DNA from: a virus
Strand: one strand, 5' to 3'
Length of the DNA stretch: 64,000 nt
Virus record (IMG/VR): IMGVR_UViG_3300020463_000018
Coordinates: 2,383 to 66,382 of that record
Positions 58,322-64,000 of the stretch are shown one piece after another (position 1 is the stretch's first letter; each line of letters begins with the position of its first letter). A program made the translations under genes and the position numbers. The notes under the pieces are model-generated. The model searched no databases and was not told the DNA's origin. It saw only the letters and a program-made list of their open reading frames with translations.

Positions 58322-59312
58322 ATTTAAAAGCAGAATTATAAACTTCTATGATAGACTAGAAGAATTAGAGTTTAGAGATATACCTTTAAACTGGATGTCT
58401 AATATCAATAGTCATAACTTTGCAGAAGAACACCCTGATGTAGAAAAGCATGTTCCTTTCTTTGAATACTCTTCCGATACAAAAGAAAACTTTGAACATA
58501 TAATGGGTAAGATGCCAAACTACTGGTGTTGGCAAACAGATACAATAGATTATTATATAAACCGACAGGGATTTAGAAACCCATTTAACTTTGATAATGT
58601 AGATTGGAAGAACAGTTATGTTCTATTTGGTTGCAGTATGATAGCTGGTGTTGGTAATAAACTAGAAAATACTGTAGGTCATTATGTACAAGAAGAACTT
58701 GATGCTCCTGTAATCAATATGGGATCAGCAGGTGGCTCCGCTGAAACTGTATTCAATAATCTTATGAAGATTGTAGAAGAACACGGTGTTCCAAAAGGTT
58801 GCTTGTTCTTATGGCCTCAAAGTACTAGACAGTTAGATGAATTAGTATACAAAGAACATTCAGAGTTTGAAAACGATTGGCGTAGAGTAGATGTACATCC
58901 AGCAATAGCAAATACACATCACGTATCTTATTATACTTCCTTTTACCGAAAACACCTTATTCGCCACACTGTACGTGCTTTGTTAAAAGGTACATACATG
59001 TCTGAAATAACTGATAATGAAATATGGGTTGCAGATGGTGATAAGCCTGCTGAATATAATGATAGAGGAATGTTAGTAATGTATCAACCTCATCCTGAGT
59101 GGTTACACGAAGATATGATAATGACTCAAGGTTACTTCCCTAACAAATGGCAAAAGATAAATCAAAGAAGTAAAGAATGGTTCTTTAATGAGTTTACTGC
59201 TAGAGATATAGAAGATTATAGTATACACAATGGACCCAATGGCGGACATCATGGGCCGTTTGTTAACAGAGCGATTGCTAAAACTTTAGTACAAAGATTG
59301 AAAAAGATATGA
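58302..59312 (+). CDS. SGNH-like hydrolase fold protein (tandem paralogue 2)
   Basis: YYINRQGFR, FGCSMIAG, NMGSAGG, ARD..GGHHG. Confidence 0.6.
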   Translation: MIKAGNKFKSRIINFYDRLEELEFRDIPLNWMSNINSHNFAEEHPDVEKHVPFFEYSSDTKENFEHIMGKMPNYWCWQTDTIDYYINRQGFRNPFNFDNVDWKNSYVLFGCSMIAGVGNKLENTVGHYVQEELDAPVINMGSAGGSAETVFNNLMKIVEEHGVPKGCLFLWPQSTRQLDELVYKEHSEFENDWRRVDVHPAIANTHHVSYYTSFYRKHLIRHTVRALLKGTYMSEITDNEIWVADGDKPAEYNDRGMLVMYQPHPEWLHEDMIMTQGYFPNKWQKINQRSKEWFFNEFTARDIEDYSIHNGPNGGHHGPFVNRAIAKTLVQRLKKI

Positions 59313-60334
59313 TCCATAAGAAAGTAAGAGATAATATAAATTGGGATAAGCCAGAAGAATACGAAAACTTAGGTATAAACTTTTTTCAAGTTGGTCAACC
59401 TAACAAAACGATAGCATTTACTGGTCCACAAGAACAACTAGAGTTCACACAGGCTCTGGCTATGGCAGAGTTAATCGATTGGCGTTATAGAAAAGAACAG
59501 ATATCTTATACATTTAATACAGAAGGATTTAGAAATGATTTCGATTTTGATAATGTAGACTGGCACAAATCTGTTGGTGTAATTGGTTGTAGTCATATAT
59601 TCGGTAAAGGTGTTAATCAAAGACATACAGTACCTAGCTATATAGGTAAAGAGTTAGAAATGCAAACAGTTAATCTAGGCTGTGAGGGTGCAAGTATAAG
59701 AACAGTATTCAATAATGTAATACATCTTATAGAGAAGTATAATCCAAAAGCAATAGCTATACTATGGCCTCGTATCAATAGAGTATCGTTATCTTATAAA
59801 TGGGATACTATAGAAAACGGTTGGAGTAATCTAGATATGACTGGTACAGAAAAAGAAGTCAGTTTGTTTAGACCTAAAGAACCTGACCAATATGGATTGA
59901 TATCTAACGAAGAAGTTCAATTAAGATTCAGAGACCTATGGCCAAGACTTGATGAAAGTCACTTTATAGAAAATCAAGACATGGTATATCAATTAAACTT
60001 GTATAGACAAACTCTAAAACTGTTGGCACATGCAAAAAATATAGACCTTTATGACTTTGCTCTTGATAAGATAGTTGGTAAAAAGATGAATCAACTAGAC
60101 CAAGTTAAGGCTCCTTACCCTGAGTTTATGAAAGCAAACTTTAATTATCGAGGTGACTTTGATAAACAAAATCCAGGCTGGATTAATATGCCTAAAGAAC
60201 ATAGACAATGGTGGGTTGATAATGTTTGTGCTAGAGATATTGTATCAATAAAAGACGGACCTGCTGGTGCTCATTTTGGGCCAGTACTGAATAAAGCAAT
60301 AGCTAAATTGATTATTGAGAATAAATTAGTGTAA
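59309..60334 (+). CDS. SGNH-like hydrolase fold protein (tandem paralogue 3)
   Basis: YTFNTEGFR, IGCSHIFG, NLGCEG, ARD..GAHFG. Confidence 0.6.
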   Translation: MIHKKVRDNINWDKPEEYENLGINFFQVGQPNKTIAFTGPQEQLEFTQALAMAELIDWRYRKEQISYTFNTEGFRNDFDFDNVDWHKSVGVIGCSHIFGKGVNQRHTVPSYIGKELEMQTVNLGCEGASIRTVFNNVIHLIEKYNPKAIAILWPRINRVSLSYKWDTIENGWSNLDMTGTEKEVSLFRPKEPDQYGLISNEEVQLRFRDLWPRLDESHFIENQDMVYQLNLYRQTLKLLAHAKNIDLYDFALDKIVGKKMNQLDQVKAPYPEFMKANFNYRGDFDKQNPGWINMPKEHRQWWVDNVCARDIVSIKDGPAGAHFGPVLNKAIAKLIIENKLV

Positions 60335-60562
60335 AGATTGAGGATCTCTTTCCATATGAGTGAAGTAATATTCTTCTGCATCAAACTCATATTCAGGTTC
60401 TATCAATTCTAATTCGATTGCTCTATAGAATCCTGGAGTTCCCCACTCTGGAAAACCAAAATGACTAATCATTTCGATAAAGTCTTCTTGACTAATTTTT
60501 TCAGTTAATAAACTAACGTCCATAACTTTTCCTTTATACATTATTATCTTGAAATTTTTCAT
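60326..60562 (-). CDS. Hypothetical protein
   Basis: 78-aa acidic ORF in the minus-strand run. Confidence 0.6.
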   Translation of the reverse strand: MKNFKIIMYKGKVMDVSLLTEKISQEDFIEMISHFGFPEWGTPGFYRAIELELIEPEYEFDAEEYYFTHMERDPQSLH

Positions 60563-60571
60563 TGTATATCA

Positions 60572-60883
60572 TTACCAAATATCTTCATACTTACTAGGCG
60601 CTTGTGCGTCCTCGTATTTAAATGTCCCGTCCCATGTTTTAAATGTTTCTGCTTTTTTAAATGTAGCAACTGTTACTACTATTGCTAGAATGATTATAAA
60701 GTGTGCCACGGCAGTATATCCGAATACTACAAATGATCCAAAGTATAGTGAAAATGTAATACACCACATCCATGCTAGTAATTGTAATACCAAGTGTCTT
60801 ACGTTTGTATCCTTTATATGTCTTAATGGATTCCATTTGACATCCATTAAACCGTTCCAACTGTCAAAAATAAGTTCTCTCAT
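60572..60883 (-). CDS. Membrane protein (WN..MD..NPL..QxLAWMWC family)
   Basis: Two hydrophobic segments and a conserved-looking motif. Confidence 0.7.
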   Translation of the reverse strand: MRELIFDSWNGLMDVKWNPLRHIKDTNVRHLVLQLLAWMWCITFSLYFGSFVVFGYTAVAHFIIILAIVVTVATFKKAETFKTWDGTFKYEDAQAPSKYEDIW

Positions 60884-60889
60884 TGTATA

Positions 60890-61285
60890 TTATTTGGTCG
60901 CAATGCGACACACCCCTCCTGTTTGAAGTTTCTTCCCCATAGTATTTATTGTAAATATAATCTCATATTCTAAATTATATCTGTTAATATAATATGAATT
61001 ATAACCTGTTTCATGTTGAATTATTATAACATATTCTTCTGGCATTTTCAAGAGATATCCTCCTAGAGGTGAATCCCATGTGATATGCTTGATAATAGCT
61101 TTGTATTCATCTGGGTTGATACCTATTGCATAAAAGTCTTCTTCTGAGAATCCACATAATAAGTAAATCTCTTTTTTAGTTTCCGTGGTTTCTTCTGCCG
61201 TAGCCTTAATGGTGTTGGCAAAAACAAAGCCCCACATAGTTACTAGTAGGGCTCCAACTAAAATGTTTCGTAATGTTCTATTCAT
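60890..61285 (-). CDS. Hypothetical exported protein
   Basis: N-terminal signal/anchor MNRTLRNILVGALLVTMWGFVFA. Confidence 0.65.
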   Translation of the reverse strand: MNRTLRNILVGALLVTMWGFVFANTIKATAEETTETKKEIYLLCGFSEEDFYAIGINPDEYKAIIKHITWDSPLGGYLLKMPEEYVIIIQHETGYNSYYINRYNLEYEIIFTINTMGKKLQTGGVCRIATK

Positions 61286-61298
61286 AAATTTTCTGTAT

Positions 61299-61481
61299 TT
61301 AGTTTAGGAACAGAATAACAAGTCCTAACACTACAATCCAGGGTGCTAACCTCCAACCAATTTTAATTGATGCAAATATAACTGCCAACACAACGCCGGC
61401 AGTTATTCCAATGATGATAAGTGGTTCTAGTACAGACCAAAACATTGAGAATTGATTTATACTGGTTGCTCCGATGTCCAC
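61299..61481 (-). CDS. Small membrane protein
   Basis: Two hydrophobic stretches; GTG start after AAGGTGG. Confidence 0.6.
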   Translation of the reverse strand: MDIGATSINQFSMFWSVLEPLIIIGITAGVVLAVIFASIKIGWRLAPWIVVLGLVILFLN

Positions 61482-61482
61482 G

Positions 61483-61776
61483 TTAGGCCACCTTTCCAAG
61501 TATCATAGAATTTTGAATTTTAGTGACAGTACGTCCAAAAGGATTAGCACCAGCATCAACTACTTCTGTAGTCTTTTGATTCATCTTTTGAATGATACCC
61601 TGTCGTACAAGACCTCGATATTCCCATTCAATAGTGTCACCTTTTTTAAGACCTGACTTTGCCATCTTACCGATGAACGTCTGTTGGTCTCGCCATACTT
61701 GAGCAAGTACATTCAAGTCTGCTTGTGAAGTAACTTTACGCATTGCATCTACGGCTGTTTGAAGTTGTGCGTTCAT
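61483..61776 (-). CDS. Hypothetical protein (SH3/KOW-like C-terminus)
   Basis: LKKGDTIEW...GIIQKMNQKT; GAGG RBS; has its own early promoter. Confidence 0.7.
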   Translation of the reverse strand: MNAQLQTAVDAMRKVTSQADLNVLAQVWRDQQTFIGKMAKSGLKKGDTIEWEYRGLVRQGIIQKMNQKTTEVVDAGANPFGRTVTKIQNSMILGKVA

Positions 61777-61812
61777 TTTGATTTATCCTCTCTTTTGTTT
61801 AAATCTATTATT

Positions 61813-61840
61813 AATATATCACCAATTTGATATCTGTCAA
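61813..61840 (-). promoter_or_regulatory. Early sigma70-type promoter
   Basis: TTGACA-gatatcaaattggtga(16)-TATATT. Confidence 0.78.
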
Positions 61841-61843
61841 GTT

Positions 61844-62803
61844 TTAATCCCAATATACACCTCTACATGAACCGGGACCATCTGTACCACACTTAACAAT
61901 ATGTTTCATCTTTGATGCATTTGTCTTGTTTTTTAGTTGTTCTAAATCTGAACACAATTCGCTTACTGCATCACAAGTTTTACCTTTGTTGATATCTGCA
62001 TATTGTACAGTAACTGGAAGTATTTCAATACCTCGGTTGGTAGCTTGATGCATATGGTTTCTGTATGAACCTACTTTATACATAAACGAAGTACCACCTT
62101 GTCGTAGATTACCATAGAATTCTGTACGTAATTCATTATCAATCCATACTGCAACTGAACCAGCATCTTTCCATTCTACACGAAAGACTACATCTACCCA
62201 TCGTCCTTTGAGTTCTTGTGTATCTGCTAGTGTTAAAAAGTAGGCTTCTGAGTTATTACATTCTTCTGAGCCTGATGCCCATTTCTTACATGATTGTTCG
62301 TCTGAACCAGAAACACCTAATAGAAATCTATTGTTGTTTATTGAGAAAGAGATTGGAGGAGCACCAGTATCTGTACGACCAATGATACGTTTAAAGTCTG
62401 CAAATGATAAAGTATAATGTGGGATATCTAAATCTTCTGCTACTTTGAAACTAAACGTATACCAACCTGTAGTACCAGCACGTGTATGATTCTTAGATTG
62501 TACTTGCCAACGTTGAGCAAAGCCTTCTTCGCCTCGTCTAGCCCAATCTACTTCTCCACCTTTCATTGAATAGTCTAGTGTTACAGTTAGAATATCATCA
62601 GAATATGATACTGCTTTATCAGTAACATTGTTCCAGTTTTCTTTGAATTGATTATTAAGTTTATAAGTACCATCAAATGCAGGAGCAGGAGTACCACAAG
62701 TTGTTAAAGCCAACGTAACGCCTAACAAAATAGCCGATGTTACGACCGGAATCCTGCTTTTCTTTTCGGAAAAATTTCTCAGCAACTTATTAACTATATA
62801 CAT
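61844..62803 (-). CDS. Exported polysaccharide-lyase-like (beta-jelly-roll) protein
   Basis: Signal region; WYTFSF, GRWVDVVFRVEW..GSVAVWID, YKVGSYR. Confidence 0.6.
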   Translation of the reverse strand: MYIVNKLLRNFSEKKSRIPVVTSAILLGVTLALTTCGTPAPAFDGTYKLNNQFKENWNNVTDKAVSYSDDILTVTLDYSMKGGEVDWARRGEEGFAQRWQVQSKNHTRAGTTGWYTFSFKVAEDLDIPHYTLSFADFKRIIGRTDTGAPPISFSINNNRFLLGVSGSDEQSCKKWASGSEECNNSEAYFLTLADTQELKGRWVDVVFRVEWKDAGSVAVWIDNELRTEFYGNLRQGGTSFMYKVGSYRNHMHQATNRGIEILPVTVQYADINKGKTCDAVSELCSDLEQLKNKTNASKMKHIVKCGTDGPGSCRGVYWD

Positions 62804-62805
62804 AA

Positions 62806-62976
62806 TTATCGCTTTCCCTTTGTTGGACATACCCACTTTAATACTTTAAAGTCCGTATCACCTTCACGAAAGATTGAACATTGAAATCCAGTTCGTTCAG
62901 CACCTGCAATAGCTTGTTCTAAAGTTGGATACGTACTGTGAGTATAACCGAAATTGACTAAAAATACACTATACAT
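62806..62976 (-). CDS. Small hypothetical protein (56 aa)
   Basis: Below the cutoff: MYSVFLVNFGYTHSTYPTLEQAIAGAERTGFQCSIFREG...; fills the gap directly after sufE. Confidence 0.6.
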   Translation of the reverse strand: MYSVFLVNFGYTHSTYPTLEQAIAGAERTGFQCSIFREGDTDFKVLKWVCPTKGKR

Positions 62977-63381
62977 TTACTGTAACCTCGCTACTTTGTT
63001 TTTGATTGTTTCTATTAAACTGCCTAACCCGTTTCGCCTTTGAGGTGTTAACAGTTGTTGAATTCCCAATGATTGAAAGTCTTCTATCTTGATTGCTTGA
63101 GCCTCTGCTACTGACCTATCTGAAAAGCATTCACATACTATTGATGTAATACCCTTTGTAATTAGTGCATCTGAATCGTAATATACTTTGACATTACCTT
63201 CTATGACACCTACTTCTACCCATATCTTTGACATACAACCACCGATTAATCTATCGTCTGTACGTAATTCTCGTGGTAGTGTTGTTGAATTCTTTGCTAG
63301 TTCTACTAGATATATAAGACGTTCTGTCCCATCATCAAATAATGAGAGTTCTTCTGACCATTCTTTAATAGTTTTACCCAT
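62977..63381 (-). CDS. sufE: SufE family Fe-S cluster sulfur-acceptor protein
   Basis: ERLIYLVELA, IGGCMSKIW (acceptor Cys), DSDALITKG, LTPQRRNGL. Confidence 0.92.
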   Translation of the reverse strand: MGKTIKEWSEELSLFDDGTERLIYLVELAKNSTTLPRELRTDDRLIGGCMSKIWVEVGVIEGNVKVYYDSDALITKGITSIVCECFSDRSVAEAQAIKIEDFQSLGIQQLLTPQRRNGLGSLIETIKNKVARLQ

Positions 63382-63755
63382 TATGATTTAACTTGAACCT
63401 CTATCTTGTTATTGACTGGAACTAACTCTAATGATAAGTCTTGTTCTACTGCGGCATCTAGTATGATGTTCTCAAAGATAGGTTCTACTATCTCTTTAAT
63501 TCGATCCCAATTACCGTCGTAATAATGCCCGTGAGCATACTGTGGTAACGGCAAATCATACTTCATTAACCCTAATACTTTAAGAGATTTACCTCTATTC
63601 ATAAGACCATTGTTGAATATGTCATGTACTACATTACTAGCTTTACGCAACTTCTCTAGCTTTTTATTCTTATTGACGTTACATACAGGACCATCAAAAG
63701 GAATAAGACCATCTAGTTCTTCATATACTGACTTTAAATTCTCACATACCCACAT
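63381..63755 (-). CDS. Hypothetical protein
   Basis: LEKLRKASNVVHDIFNNGLMNR; first gene after an early promoter. Confidence 0.7.
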   Translation of the reverse strand: MWVCENLKSVYEELDGLIPFDGPVCNVNKNKKLEKLRKASNVVHDIFNNGLMNRGKSLKVLGLMKYDLPLPQYAHGHYYDGNWDRIKEIVEPIFENIILDAAVEQDLSLELVPVNNKIEVQVKS

Positions 63756-63790
63756 AGTTGTTAATCTCTCTCTTTGTTGACTATACTAGT

Positions 63791-63818
63791 ATAATAGCAT
63801 GATTCGTGGTTTTGTCAA
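63791..63818 (-). promoter_or_regulatory. Early sigma70-type promoter
   Basis: TTGACA-aaaccacgaatcatgc(16)-TATTAT. Confidence 0.8.
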
Positions 63819-64000
63819 GTTTTTCACTGTAGAAAACACCTAACTGTACTATGGAACCCTATAGAGAACTGTAAGGGAAAAATTCTGTGTATTTTTTTGG
63901 AATGTGGATCCAGAATAAAAAAGTAGGATCCCATATAGCTAGAAAACGGAAAATAGGTCTGCGACCAAACGCCAGCCTCAGGCCAAACAGGTCCTGACTA

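Noticed and set aside
60549-60926. 125-aa plus-strand ORF
   Set aside because: Antisense to the convincing membrane protein at 60572-60883
1-64000. Stop-codon reassignment or selenocysteine read-through
   Set aside because: Long ORFs are intact in code 11, and TAA, TAG and TGA all end genes at tight junctions
1-64000. CRISPR array, tRNA, intron/intein, integrase, transposase or reverse transcriptase/DGR
   Set aside because: No spaced direct repeats, cloverleafs or catalytic motifs recognised by eye; the recurring TGTCAAGTTT hits are promoters

Overview
AT-rich 64-kb segment of a large T4-related (myovirus-type, probably jumbo) phage genome. An alphaproteobacterial-type ClpP and GANTC-bearing promoters suggest a marine alphaproteobacterial host (inference). 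Order: gp46/gp47 recombination nuclease genes and the gp55 late sigma factor (minus strand); a baseplate/tail module (gp48/54-like, gp53-like, hub-like, gp5 with an M15 peptidase, lysozyme-like, gp25, gp6, a 2944-aa wedge protein, two fibre-like paralogues) split by a minus-strand early cassette containing clpP. Next is a ~22-kb biosynthetic locus: 3 GT-A-like proteins, 6 radical SAM enzymes (5 with an N-terminal twitch domain), a sulfotransferase, a GT/sulfotransferase/methyltransferase fusion, SGNH-like proteins and NDP-sugar enzymes. It is followed by an FG-GAP secreted protein, a cytidylyltransferase-cupin fusion, SpeD-like, three SGNH paralogues, a polysaccharide-lyase-like protein and SufE. 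Two promoter classes can be read directly: a sigma70-type early promoter with a 16-bp spacer and a positioned GANTC site, and a T4-type late nnTAAATA box. Two late promoters share an extra upstream element and several transcripts look leaderless. No tRNA, rRNA or CRISPR was seen. All family calls are from motif recognition by eye, not database searches.
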